64,000 bases of DNA from Octopus sinensis (Eukaryota): assembly GCF_006345805.1 (NCBI RefSeq), contig NC_043008.1, forward strand, positions 55,800,001 through 55,864,000, read 5' to 3'. The notes beneath the pieces are model-generated. The model ran no database searches. It was not told the origin of the DNA and saw only the letters and a list, made by a program, of their open reading frames with translations. Of the stretch, positions 51,355 to 64,000 are shown one piece after another. The position numbers and the translations under genes are program-made. Positions within the stretch are counted from its first letter, which is position 1. Each line of letters begins with the position of its first letter.

Positions 51355-51416
51355 GATGCCTTATCAGGTGGTGAAGCAGCTATGTAGGGTGTTTCAGCCC
51401 CTTCCTCGACAACACC
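51355..51416 (-). ncRNA. Non-circularly permuted hammerhead-ribozyme-like motif
   Basis: GGUGU-U/GUCGAGGAAG-GGGCU-GAA-ACACC...CUUCACCAC-CUGAUAA-GGCAUC. Confidence 0.45.
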
Positions 51417-52202
51417 AGATCTGCCTGGGGCCACCCGCCAACATAGATGACAAAACACCCACACAACATGAGCTTTGTTGAGTCAGATGTTGTAACATCT
51501 TGGCCAGATGTTCCTACCATCCTCAGCGCTTGTTCTTGCTGCACTGCTTGCCCTCTCTCTTGTGCCAGATGTAATGGCTTGCTTTCGCACCAGCTTCTGA
51601 CAATTTTCTGGCAAGACCTCTTCTGCCTTCATAGCTTCTCCAAGACTCAGAGCACTGAATAAATCCTAGTTCCACCAAAATCTGCCTGGGGCACCCGCCA
51701 ACATAGATGACAAAACACCCACACAACATGAGCTTTGTTGAGTCAGATGTTGTAACATCTTGGCCAGATGTTCCTACCATCCTCAGCGCTTGTTCTTGCT
51801 GCACTGCTTGCCCTCTCTCTTGTGCCAGATGTAATGGCTTGCTTTCGCACCAGCTTCTGACAATTTTCTGGCAAGACCTCTTCTTGCCTTCATAGCTTCT
51901 CCAAGACTTCAGAGCACTGAATAAATCCTAGTTCCACCAAAATCTGCCTGGGGCCACCCGCCAACATAGATGACAAAACACCCACACAACATGAGCTTTG
52001 TTGAGTCAGATGTTGTAACATCTTGGCCAGATGTTCCTACCATCCTCAGCGCTTGTTCTTGCTGCACTGCTTGCCCTCTCTCTTGTGCCAGATGTAATGG
52101 CTTGCTTTCGCACCAGCTTCTGACAATTTTCTGGCAAGACCTCTTCTTGCCTTCATAGCTTCTCCAAGACTTCAGAGCACTGAATAAATCCTAGTTCCAC
52201 CA
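51413..52202. repeat. Three near-identical tandem units (260, 262, 263 bp)
   Basis: Junction word cacca at 51413, 51673, 51935 and 52198; units differ only by 1-bp indels. Confidence 0.95.
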
Positions 52203-52287
52203 AATTCTCTAACACCTGTTTCTATGAGGAGGCATATTGCCACTCATCAATTGTTCCAGATGGATGAAGCATTATTCATTTATTAAT

Positions 52288-52642
52288 AAGCTTGCTTCCC
52301 AACCACACAGTCCTGGGTTCAGTCCCACTGTCTGGCACCTTGGACAAGTATTCAGACTGACTGAAGGCTTGTGAGTGAATTTGGTGGATAGAAACTGCAA
52401 GAAGCCTGTCATGTGTGTGTGCATGTCTGTCCCCCCCTCAACCATTTGACAACCAGTGTTGGTGTGTTTATGTCCCCGTAACTTAGTGGTTCAGCGAAGG
52501 AGACTGATAGAATAAGTACCAGGCTTTAAAAAAATAACAAGTACTGGGGTTGATGCATTCAGCGGAAAGAATTCTTCAAGGTGATGCTCCAGCGTGGGCA
52601 CAATCTAATGACTGAAACAAGTCAAAAGTAAACAATAAAAGA
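52288..52642 (+). mobile_element. Diverged SINE family A
   Basis: Family motifs. Confidence 0.8.
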
Positions 52643-52771
52643 GTCTTCTTCTGCTGTCTTGTATTGACTGATATTTAGTGTTTTCACTTGGTAAGGCCAT
52701 TGTGTGTGTGTGTGTATGTGTGTGAATATGTATATAGAAAATGATTGTGTATCTACATATACAAGCAAGAG

Positions 52772-53097
52772 ATCTCCTTTGGTGATAAATGACCATCGAA
52801 TTCCACCTAGAAAGTTCGTTTCTGAGGCACAGGTCCGGGCAAGGTTGTTTATGGAAGATCAGCCCATGCATACCAGCATCCCTGTCTCCACACCACTGAT
52901 GTTATCCAAGGGAATGGCAAAGGCCAATACAGCTTGGCACCTGTGACGTCGCAACTCATTTCTACAGCTGAGTGAACTGGAGCAACGTGAAATAAAGTGT
53001 CTTGCTCGAGAACAGAACACACAACCTGGTTCTGGGAATTAAACTCACTGCCTCATGACTGTGAGCCTGACACTCTAACCACTGAGCCATGTGCCTT
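52772..53097 (-). mobile_element. SINE family C
   Basis: Homologous to 30598-30922. Confidence 0.85.
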
Positions 53098-53869
53098 CAC
53101 TCTACTCTCTCTCTCTCTCTCACACACACCCACACACACACATATATGAAGAATGCTTTTGTTTCATTGCTTTATCTTTTAATCTGATAGTTTCCTCCTG
53201 TGTATTGAATATATATATATATATATAATAACCTAAAGTTAATGCAAACCATACTGTCGTTCATCTCTGCTATTTTTTATTCATATCTAAATTATCTGGT
53301 TCATATATCTTTTTTTATTATATATACATCCATTATATATATCATTATATGTATGTGTGTATATATATATGTGTGTGTATGTGTGTGTGTTAAACACTCC
53401 TTAATATTCTGATATGCTTTGAAACATAAGCATGTATAAGACGTATCAAGTGAATCTTCCCATATTGCAATATATTTCCCCCATGGAAACTTTGTAAACA
53501 GTCTTTTTTTTTTTTACCCTCTTTTTCTACTCTCCAAAAATTCAATTGTGTCTGTTCTTTGTAGTAGATGTTGTTGTTAGCTTCTCACCACCCGAGCTGG
53601 CCCTGATCAAGTTCTCTTCTCATTGGAATTATTTTCTTCACTTTTGCTTCCAAGCATAAACACCAGGTTTTCTTCCCATCAGAATTTAGTTTCTTCAGTG
53701 TTTTGCTTCCAAAAAACATGAGCACCGTTCAAATCCATAATGTTCTTCATCTGTTATGAATTATTGTATTTGCTGACATATAAGAGGCACTCTCGCACAA
53801 GACGCTCCCCTATTTTTTTTATAATATATTTTGTGGGAAAAACAAACTTGGCAGTTTTAGCACAGGCAC

Positions 53870-54000
53870 AGGCGTGCCTAAGGTGGTTAGAAACTTACTT
53901 TCCAATAACATGGTTTTTGGTTCAGTCCCATTGTGTGGCACCCTGGGCTACTGTCTTCTACTATCACCCTGGGCTGACCGAAGCCTTGTGAGTGAATTTG
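53870..54000 (+). mobile_element. SINE family A head/CORE only
   Basis: ggttcagtcccattgtgtggcaccctgggc. Confidence 0.75.
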
Positions 54001-54050
54001 ACATATCTATATCTGTCTGCTGGTTTGTGTGTGTGTGTGTGTGTGTATGA

Positions 54051-54083
<33 letters not shown>

Positions 54084-54151
54084 TGTATGTATGTATGTAT
54101 GTATATATATATATATATACACACACACACATACATTTGACAGCCATGCAC

Positions 54152-54480
54152 CTTGGTGCATGGCTCAGTGGTTAGAGCATCAGGCTCACAATCAAGAGGT
54201 AGTGAGTTTGATTCCCGGACTGGGCTGTGTGCTGTGTTCTTGAGCAAGACACTTTATTTCACGTTGCTCCAGTTCACTCAGCTGTAGAAATGAGTTGCGA
54301 CGTCACAGGTGCCAAGCTGTATCGACCTTTGCCTTTCCCTTGGACAACATTGGTGGTGTGGAGAGGTATGCATGGGTGACTGCTTGTCTTCCGTAAACAA
54401 CTTTAACCTGGACTTGTACTTTGGAGGCTAACTTTCTAGGTTCAATCCCATGGTCATTCTTGACCAAAGGGGCTCCTTAC
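54152..54480 (+). mobile_element. SINE family C, near full length
   Basis: A box tggctcagtggttagagc, B box gagtttgattccc, CORE-like domain. Confidence 0.9.
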
Positions 54481-54650
54481 TCTTTCTCTTTACATTTGAC
54501 AGAATAATCTGAATGCCAAAGGGTTAATGTCCTTTCCTGATCTAAAATGCTACCATGTTAATCGAAAGAAATTTGCCAGTATTTTTTGTGGATCAAGTGA
54601 CCATGTAGTGCTTTGCTCACTGTCTTGAAAGGCAAGATGTTACTTTTATA

Positions 54651-55068
54651 GGATCTTTTCGGTTTGACCGGCAGTTTTTTCTAGCGGTGTCATATGAAAT
54701 TGTCACCCATAATTATGACGCTAGTATCGATCTATTGCATTTCAATCTTTTTTAGGGTTAGAGTTAGGGGTGGGGGGAAGGGTAACTTTTTTTCTTCAGA
54801 AATGTAAATAAACCCAATCTGTTTCTTAAACGAGCGACATATTCATACAGCACAGAATGTTTTCACCTCAATAGACGTCATTGATTGGTAGGAATTGCAG
54901 AATTTGAAGAAAAAAACCCCACAGATATCTTACAAAATATAGAATTTTCTCAATAAAGCCAAGAGAAAAAGATGTTTTATAAACACATTCTACCGGTATA
55001 CGAAGTTTAAAAGTGTTTAGTTACGTGGAAATTATTTTAAAAAACTGCTGGTCAAACCGAAAAGATCC
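54651..55068. mobile_element. Merlin-like MITE, second copy
   Basis: Same TIRs and interior as 12215-12639; TSD cttttata at 54643-54650 and 55069-55076. Confidence 0.85.
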
Positions 55069-55539
55069 CTTTTATATGTTGGTTGCAGAGAATATCAAGG
55101 TCTTTCTATTTTTGTTTTCCCTCGAAAAAAAAATAATGTTTGATATTTAAAAGTAAAGATTAGTGCTTGAGTTTGCTAATGCTTGTTTGTATTTTGTGGA
55201 AAGCAGGTTTCCTTTGGCAAATAATATAAACTGTTCTTTGCTGACATGTATTTATTACATGTGGTTGATATTTGCTTTCTAGCATGTGCCTTGTTCAAAT
55301 AAACCCATGCGTACGTACGTATCTATATTTATGTGGGTTACTTGCTTGTATGTGTTGTGTGTGTTCTTGTGGGTTGGTCTTATTTGGATGTTTTTGTCGT
55401 TATTCAGACCTACCCTACCTTTTTCTGTCTTAAAAAGAAAAAAAAAATTAAAAACGTATCAGTAGTTTACCGATCCTCAGCCACATTATGATTAAGAGGA
55501 TTAAAGACTGATGAGCAAGACACACACGATGCAGCGTGT

Positions 55540-55556
55540 AGTGTGTGTGTGTGTGT

Positions 55557-55600
<44 letters not shown>

Positions 55601-55893
55601 TGTATGTGTGTGTGTGTATGTGTGTGTGTGTATGTGTGTATGTGTGTGCGTGTATGTGTGTGTGTGTGTGTATGTGTGTGTGTATGTGTGTGTGTGTATG
55701 TATGTATGTGTATGTGTGTATGTGTGTATGTGTGTGTGTAGGCATGCAGTTTTTGGCTACTAGTTACACTAGTTACATGTTAACATGCTAAACTGTATTG
55801 TTTGGTGTTATGTATGTGTGTGTGTATGCATAAATGTATGTGTGCTTGTGTTTTTGTCTGTGTATGTGTATGTATGTATGATGTATGTATGTA

Positions 55894-55942
<49 letters not shown>

Positions 55943-56082
55943 ATGTATGTGTGTGTGTATGTATGTATGTATGTGTGTATGTATGTATGTATGTATATGT
56001 GTGTGTGTGTGTATGTATGTATATGTGTATGTATGTATGTATGTATGTGTATGTGTGTGTATGTATGTATGTATGTATATAA
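55540..56082. repeat. (TG)n/(TATG)n microsatellite
   Basis: Direct reading. Confidence 0.95.
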
Positions 56083-56539
56083 ACAAGTGGAATTTCTACA
56101 GACCTTTTCTCACAAACTTCCTACCCATTTGGTTTTGTTATTTTTCAAAGACGTTTCAACATGGACCATATGTAGCTCCGTTTAAGAACTCTTTTGATAT
56201 CAAGCCGCCTGAGACTACTGCTTCCTTGATGAAAACTGCCTACTTTTTTGGACACAGAACATCTTGGACTACAAGGTACAGCTGTGTGGGTTCAGATTCA
56301 GTCACACTGCATGGTATCTTGGGCAGTGATTGAATTTGGTAGGCAGAAGTTCCTATGATGCGCATGTATGAGAAAGTGCTTGTATCCTTCCCTTCTTAAG
56401 AGAACATGTTGTGATTTGAGTGAAATTTGGCTGATATTTCCAGCAGATCCAGCTCTGCTGTGTTAAAAGCGAAACTGAAAACACTGCTGTGGTTTGACAT
56501 TTTTATAGGAGTGCATCAGGGGTGTATTCTGTCACTGCT

Positions 56540-56843
56540 TTTATAATAATAATAAAATAATAATGAAAATATTGTATACAGTGCTCAGGTGCTCCACAAC
56601 TTGTCAAACATGCGTATAAAGCATATGCAGTAATGTACAAATGTCTGGGAAGTGAACAGTGTATGAGTCAGATACATGCTTGTGTGTGTATGGAGGGGAG
56701 AAAATCAGGTGTAGTGTTGGCGAATCTCAGGAAGCATGGAATTTTTGAAGGATGCAGTGCTCCGACAACTGACAAATGATGCCGGCAGTTTGTTCCATGC
56801 TTCAGCAACTCTTAGTATGAAAAAATGTTTCTGAAAGTCATGG
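56540..56843 (-). mobile_element. CR1/L2-group LINE 3' end
   Basis: Minus strand HDFQKHFFILRVAEAWNKLPASFVSCRSTASFKNSM..* matches the FF..RV...WN.LP......S...FK ORF2 C-terminal pattern; followed by a 3' UTR and (ATT)n tail. Confidence 0.8.
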
Positions 56844-57331
56844 GATCTGCTTTTTTTTTAAAAATGATCTGAGAGGGATTTGGTTGCTATTTTTAGCATG
56901 TTGAGTTACCACATATAGGCTTTCTCAGTGGCTCCTCTTATCCAATATGGTATAAATATCTCTGGCTTTATTTGATCTTCTGATTATCATGTATCTAATT
57001 GTGTTATCAGTTTTCAATCAGTTTACTAGTTGCTTCCCTGATTCACTCGTTTGCTGGTTGGCTACTTGGTGGCTCTCATTGCTTCCTTAATTTGTAGCCA
57101 TGTAAACCGATGCTGGCTGTATTCAAACCATTTTTGTCCTAGAAAAGACCTGGTTTAGTTTCAGCCATCTCTCTCTCTAACAAACAGATATGTTGTAGCC
57201 ACCACTTAGACAGTACAGCGACAGTTCTCTTTGAGATGTAATTGCTGCTAATGTGTATGTATTTGTGTGTGTGTGTGGATATGTGTGTATGTGTATGTAT
57301 GTGTATGCATGTGTGTGTGTTTGTATATATG

Positions 57332-57750
57332 TAGGCGTAGGAGTGGCTGTGTGGTAAGTAGCTTGCTTACGAACCACATGGTTCCAGGTTCAGTCCTACT
57401 GCGTGGCACCTTGGGCAAGTGTCTTCTGCTATAGCCTCGGTCCGACCAAAGCCTTGTGAGTGGATTTGGTAGACAGAAACTGAAAGAAGCCCGTTGTATA
57501 TATGTATATATATATGTATGTATGTGTGTGTATATGTTTGTGTGTCTGTGTTTGTCCCCCTCCCCCAACATCACTTGACAACTGATGCTGGTGTGTTTAT
57601 GTCCCCGTAACTTAGCGGTTCGGCAATAGAGACTGATAGAATAAGTATTAGGCTTACAAAGAATAAGTCCTGGGGTCGATTTGCTTGACTAAAGGCGGTG
57701 CTCCAGCATGGCCACAGTCACATGACTGAAACAAGTAAAGGAGTAGAAGA
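57332..57750 (+). mobile_element. Full-length SINE family A
   Basis: Family motifs. Confidence 0.9.
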
Positions 57751-58034
57751 GATATGTGTGTGTGTACATGGGTATATGTATGTGTGTATATGTATGTATG
57801 TATGTCTGTGTGTATGTATATGTTTATATATAGTTATATGTGTGTGTGTATGTATGTATGTATGTATGTGAAGGGGTGTGGAGATAAGTCAACTCAGGGA
57901 GGTACATGGTTTAGAAGTGATTTAAGAGATTAAATGAGAGAAAAGTAAAACAAAAAACAAAAACAAAAGGAAAGAATTCATTGAGAATGAAATGAATGTA
58001 AAAAAACAAATATTATTAAAGAGTGCAAAGGTAG

Positions 58035-58230
58035 TGAGCTGGCAACATTGTTTCTGTGCCGGATAAAATGCTTAGCAGTATTTCCTATGGCTTATGTTTT
58101 GAGTTCAAATTCTGCTGAGGGGTTGATAAAATAAATAAGTACCAGTTGAGCCTCGAGATAGATGTAATCGATTAGGCCCTTCCTCCCAGCAAAATTCCAG
58201 GCCTTGTGCCTATAGTAGAAAGGATTCAAA
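58035..58230 (+). mobile_element. SINE family B with internal deletion
   Basis: Family motifs. Confidence 0.75.
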
Positions 58231-58559
58231 TAAGATGCAATGCAGGCTGCAGCCGTGGCTATGCGGTTAAGAAGTTTGCTTTCTAACCATGTGGTTTCAG
58301 GTTCAGTCCCACTGCATGATAATTTTTTTTTTTTATACTGAGCCACAATTGTGTATTTTTGTTAAAGACCCACAACCAACAGTGAAGGGGTGAAGGCATG
58401 TATCTTTGTGGTTGGGGGTGATGCTCTCGTGATCTCAATACTGTGGTTTCGATTCCTGGACTGGGCAGTTACGAAACAATTTGTTACATCGTAATATTTC
58501 TCTGTCATTCATAACTTTATATATATATGTGTGTGTATATGTTTCTGTGTCTGTGTGTT

Positions 58560-58800
58560 ACTATCCCCTTGCCTTGACATTACCTGATAGTCATATATGA
58601 GGTCTCCATCACTGTCATACAAGTGGTGTCTCATTTCTAATCCTCCATGTAAACATGTCTAATCATGGGGAAATATTACCTTACAAGAAATCAGGTGAGG
58701 GTTGGCAACAGGAAGGACATCCAGCCATAGAAATTCATCCTCAGCAAATTCCATCTGACCCATATAAGCACAGAAAAGTAGGCATTAAATGGTAAGGATG
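58560..58800 (+). mobile_element. RTE-related non-autonomous retroposon segment; second copy at ~59880-60125
   Basis: gagggttggcaacaggaaggacatccagccatagaaa...gaccca motif in both copies with a gat-type tail. The RTE link is from recall. Confidence 0.5.
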
Positions 58801-59114
58801 AGGACTTAATAGTAAAGTTTTTGTGTTGGTTACAAAGGATGGAAATAAGAATATAGTCTGGTTATTTAAATAATTAATAATCTAAGCTTTAAAATTAATC
58901 TCATTATAATAAGAAATTTGCAATTCTTTAAAATGGATAATTATATGCCACTCCCACAATGCATGTGTACTATTCTTCACTCGTCCTCTGTACCCAGTCT
59001 TCTAAACAATCTTTTAGAAAATATTGACTTGATAACTTCCAGGTTTCCTGTACCATTCTTAGATTTTGGCTGTTTCCTTTGTGTTTCTGTGAGAAAGTGC
59101 ATGTGTGAGTACGT

Positions 59115-59155
<41 letters not shown>

Positions 59156-59257
59156 TGGGTGTGAAATTTATATAAAGAGGAATGTCAGATGTCTTGGTAT
59201 GTGTGTTTGTGAGTTTGTGTGTGTGTGTGTGTGTATATATTCTTTTATCCTTTTATC

Positions 59258-59600
59258 TGTTTCAGTTATTTGACTGTGGCCATGCTGGAGCACCCCAGCA
59301 CTTATTCTTTGTAAGCCTAGTACTTATTCTATCGGTCTCTTTTGATGAACCACTAAATTACAGGGACACAAGCATACCAGCATCGGTTGTCAAGCGATAA
59401 TGGAGGGGTTGGGTGGAGGGACCACAGACACACAAACACACACACACACACATATATATATATACGCACACACACATATATGATGGGCTTTTTTCAGTTT
59501 CTGTCTACCAAATCCACTCTCAAGGCTTTGGTGTCACGCAGTGGGACTGAACCTGGAACCATGTCGTTGGGAAGCAAGCTACTTACCACACAGCCATTCC
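59258..59600 (-). mobile_element. SINE family A
   Basis: Family motifs. Confidence 0.85.
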
Positions 59601-59702
59601 AGCACCATATGCATATGTTTTATATATATATGTGTATGTGTGTTTGTGTGCGTGTATATATATATATCTATATATATATATATACACATACACATATATG
59701 AT

Positions 59703-59860
59703 AGGCTTGGCTGTGTGGTTAAGAAGTTTGCTTCTCAACCATGTAGTTTTGAGTTCAGTCCCACTGCAAAGTACTTCTAACTAGTCTCTTAAGCTATAAC
59801 CCTGGGGTGACCGAAACCTTGTGAATGGCAATCAGAAACTGAAAGAGGCTCTGTGTGTAT
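59703..59860 (+). mobile_element. SINE family A head, head-to-head with 59258-59600
   Basis: Family motifs. Confidence 0.75.
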
Positions 59861-60139
59861 GTACGTATATGTGTATGTGTGTGTGTTTTCTTGCTTTGAA
59901 ATCATGTAATGGTCGTAAAGAAGTGTTGCCGACATCCAATGATGTTCTTTGTTTCCAATTTGCTGTGGAAATACATCTGGCAATGAGGTAACATTGACTT
60001 TCTTGGGAAAGGGTAAGGGTTGAAGATAGGTTGGGCATCTGGCCATAGAAGGCCTGCTTCAGTATATTCCGTCTGACTCATGTAGGCATGATAAAATGGG
60101 AAAATACATTTTAAAATGATGGTGATGACTTGCATATGT

Positions 60140-60252
60140 CTTGTGTATGTATGTATGTATGTATGTATGTATGTATGTATGTATGATGTATGTATGTATG
60201 TATGTATGTGTGTGTGTATGTATATATGTATGTATGCGTGTATGTATGTATG

Positions 60253-60286
<34 letters not shown>

Positions 60287-60807
60287 TGTATGATGTATGT
60301 ATGTATGTATGTATGTATGTATGTATGATGTATGTATGTATGATGTATGTATGTATGTATGTATGATGTATGTATGATGTATGTATGTATGTATGTATGT
60401 ATGTATGTATGTATGATGTATGTATGATGTATGTATGTAGGTATGTATGTAGTATTATATATGTAGTATGATGTATGTATGTATGTATGTATGTATGTAT
60501 GTATGTAGTTGATGTAGTATGTATGTATGTATATATGTAGGATGATGATGTATGTATGATGTATGTATGTATGTATGTATGTATGTATGTATGTATGATG
60601 TTGTATGTATGATGTATGTATGTATTATGTATGAGTATGTATGATGTATGTATTTATGATGTATGTATGTAGGTATGTATATATGTATGTATGATGTATG
60701 TATGTATGTATGTATGTATGTATGTATGAGTATGTATGTATGATGTATGTATGTATGTATGTATGATGTATGTATGATGTATGTATGTATGTATGTATGT
60801 ATGTATG

Positions 60808-60840
<33 letters not shown>

Positions 60841-61447
60841 CTGTATGAGTATGTATGTATGATGTATGTATGTATGTATGATGTTGTATGATGTATGTAT
60901 GTAGTAGTATGTATGATGATGTATGATGTATGTATGTATGTATGTATGTATGATGTATGTATGTATGATGTATGTATGTATGTATGATGTATGTATGTAT
61001 GTATGATGTATGTATGATTAGTATGTAGGATGTATGTATGTATGTATGATGTGTATGATGTATGTATGTATATATGTATGTATGATGTATGTATGTATGT
61101 ATGTATGTATGTATGTATGTATTATGATGTCTGTATGTATGATGATGTATGTATGTATGTGTATGTATGTATGTAGTATTATGTATGTATGATGTATGTA
61201 TGATGTATGTATGTATGTATGTGATGTATGTATGTATGTATGTATGTATGTATGATGTATTGTATGTATGTATGGATGTATGTATGATGTATGTATGTAT
61301 GTATGTATGTGTATGTATGATGTATGGATGTATGTATATATGTTTGTATGATGTATGTATGTAGTATGTAGTATGTATGATGTATGTATGTAGTATGATG
61401 TATGTATGATGTATGTATGATGTATGTATGTATGTATGTATGTATGC

Positions 61448-61480
<33 letters not shown>

Positions 61481-61672
61481 GTGTGTGTGTGTTTGTATGT
61501 ATCTATATGTATGTATGATATAGATATATATGAGTAAATGTATATGTGCTTGTGTAATATGTGTGCGTATATAGATATATGTCTTTTATATATATATATA
61601 TGTATATATATATTCATACACACACACAGACATATATATATAATATATATAGATATTATATATTATATATAT

Positions 61673-61705
<33 letters not shown>

Positions 61706-62164
61706 TTATGTGAGTATGTGAAAATCTGTTTTTGTATATATATATCTGTATACATTGTTTACCTTGTTTAATTACACAGCAAGCTTCTGTTTTGGCTCCC
61801 CCCCCCACCTGCAATGTGCATTTTGACTGGAAGCAGTGAACACTTGTTCATTCTCATTTGTATACATTTCATGAAAATTGTTCTTGTTGTTTTTCAATGA
61901 AATCTATCCAGATTTCATTGCAAAATAACTACAAAAGCCAAAAACAAAAACCAAAAAAAAAAACACGAAGAAAGGGAAAACAAAAACAAAAAAAAATGCA
62001 CATAATAAAATAATCTCTTTTCAGAGTCATTCAATGTGTGTTAATAGTGAAATTAAGACAAACCTGACAGCTTGGAGTTCTATTTCCTATCCCATACATA
62101 CATACGTACATACATACACACACATACACACACAACATATGTATGCATGTTATATATATATATC

Positions 62165-62197
<33 letters not shown>

Positions 62198-62280
62198 TAT
62201 ATGTATGTATACATATATATATATACATACATCTAAAATATATTTATATATATAACATCAATGTATATACGTATGCTTGT

Positions 62281-62319
<39 letters not shown>

Positions 62320-62570
62320 ATACACACACACACACATATATATATACAACACATACATACATGTATTGATGTATATGTGTGTGTGTATATACATACATAC
62401 ATACGTACATATATGTATGTACATGTATATACATATATGTAAGTATATGTATGTATTATGTATATACATATATACTTATATCTATGTAAATGTATATACA
62501 TATATATGTATGTGTGTGTATATATATTTGTGTATATATATATATATATATATATAATGATGCACACACA
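60140..62570. repeat. ~1.3-kb interrupted (GTAT)n array followed by (AT)n/(AC)n tracts
   Basis: Direct reading. Confidence 0.95.
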
Positions 62571-63414
62571 TCTATAATATTGTTGACTTTTGCTTTGCAC
62601 TTGTACTTTATAAATGAAGCACATGTACACACACTCACTCACACACACATTCTCTGATTTTGTCTCTTTCCAAGAAGGAGAGAAAAAAAAAAAACGGTGT
62701 TCTACCCTCCACCCCTATTCCTCCTACACTTCCAAAGAACTGTTCTATTTTTACATTCTCTGCTACTCTTTTTTTTCCTTTTCTTTTGCTTCCCCTCTTC
62801 TTCATCCAAGCAGTGATTTCCTCAACTGCTACCTTCCTGAATGTTTCTTCTTTTTTTGTCTTTTCTATCTTTTACTCTCCTTCTCCTTGTTCCACATTCA
62901 TCTCCTTCTCTCCTTCCCCCCCCCTCTGCTTCCTTCCTCACCCTGGGTCAAATGTCAAGGTATCCATCTTCCCCAAAATTTGCTTTATATAGAATGTTCC
63001 TAGTTGTCAGTGTTTTCCATATGTGTGCTTACCATTAAAAAAAAAACAAAAACAAAAAAAGAGCAAACAAACCCCAAAAGCAATAAATAAATAAATAAAT
63101 AAATAAATGAACCCCCCCCCCCCAATACCAAGCAACAAAACAAACCAAATCTAAATGTGTCTACCTTCAGAAAAACCATCTTCAGAAATTTGATAGAAAT
63201 ATATATTTTAAGGAAGTAGTTCTTGCAGTTTAGTGTAATTTAACCCAAAATGTAGAGAAAAAAGGGGGGAAAAAAGGAAACAAAAAGAAAACAAATTATT
63301 AGGAACCAGGCAAAACCTTTCCCAAAACTTCCCATCCTCATCATACCCTTGAGAATTAAACGCCTCTTTCCACCTGTATAATGTTACTTTGTAAGAATTC
63401 CTCTCACCAAGTGC

Positions 63415-64000
63415 AAGCATGGCTGTGTCATCTAGAAGCTTGCTTTGCACCCCTTGTGGTTTTGAGTTCAGTTCTAAGTGTGGCTGCACCTTGGGTGGGC
63501 AAGTGTCTTCTGCTTTAGCTCTGGGCTGACTATAGCCTTGTGAGTGGATTTGTTTGATAGTAACTGAAAGAAGACTGTTAAATATATATGCATAGGAAAG
63601 AAGCCTGTTAAATACATACGCGTTGGAGTGGCTGTGTGGTAAGTAGCTTGCTTACCAACCATATTGTTCTGGGCTCAGTCCCATTGCATGACACCTTGGG
63701 CAAGTGTCTTCTACTATAGCCTCGGGCCGACCAAAGCCTTGTGAGTGGATTTGGTAGATGGAAACTGAATATATTGGGCTTTGTGTATTTGTACTCCAGT
63801 ATCACTTTGATGGCATGCACTGCTCTCTCACTCAAAAATAATAATAATTATTTCCACTCTAGACATAAGGCCTTGAAAATTTTTGTGGGGAGGGGGCTAG
63901 TCTATTACATCAACCCCAGAATTTAGTTTAGTGCTGGCATGGCTGTTTGGTTAAGAAGCTTGTTTTGTGATCATATGATTTCGAGTTTGGTCCCACTGTG
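63415..64000 (+). mobile_element. Cluster of SINE fragments: A heads at 63415, 63620 and 63935; retroposon 3' end at 63771-63850; family B tail (minus) at 63850-63925
   Basis: Family motifs. Confidence 0.75.

Larger units (their letters stand above)
51300..52270 (-). mobile_element. 5'-truncated RLE-clade (HERO/NeSL-like) non-LTR retrotransposon 3' end with internal triplication
   Basis: Minus strand AICLLIETGVREFGG...SLGEAMKARRGLARKLSEAGAKASHYIWHKRE resembles the C-terminus of restriction-like-endonuclease LINEs (IEVGCRGF...EAAEKAS.WIW.KR pattern), followed by a 3' UTR. Confidence 0.7.

Noticed and set aside
54152-54225. Functional tRNA genes at SINE heads
   Set aside because: A and B boxes are present, but the cloverleafs are broken and run directly into SINE bodies.
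58690-58730. Possible twister- or HDV-like ribozyme relic before the RTE-type ggaagg(g/a)catcc motif
   Set aside because: Only gagggttgg resembles the consensus; the stems cannot be built in either copy.

Overview
64 kb of AT-rich, microsatellite-dense animal genomic DNA, almost entirely intronic or intergenic. The repeat content (tRNA/CORE-type SINEs, Tc1/mariner relics, very long (AT)n, (AC)n, (GTAT)n and (GATA)n arrays) points to a coleoid cephalopod, probably Octopus; this is inferred from the repeats, not from a database hit. Most ORFs in the supplied track are microsatellite or SINE artefacts. The only well-supported host-gene pieces are minus-strand exons with canonical splice sites: a probable coding exon at 6631-6779 and upstream candidates at 8391-8482, 24713-24819 and a 25-nt microexon at 26932-26956. 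I cannot name the gene. Mobile DNA includes three SINE families (labelled A, B, C here; about 40 copies, B forming tandem ~184-bp arrays), three decayed Tc1/mariner elements, several MITEs (two Merlin-like copies with 8-bp TSDs), non-autonomous Helitrons, a CR1-like 3' end and an RLE/HERO-like LINE 3' end. The most striking signal is four hammerhead-ribozyme-like motifs in four unrelated retroelement termini. Three are minimal Penelope-type motifs, one of them with a swapped G3:C8 core. The fourth, in the 3' UTR of the RLE-LINE, has its strands in a non-circularly permuted order, and its predicted cleavage site lies at the junction of a 3x ~262-bp tandem amplification. All RNA folds were done by eye and SINE/repeat boundaries are approximate.
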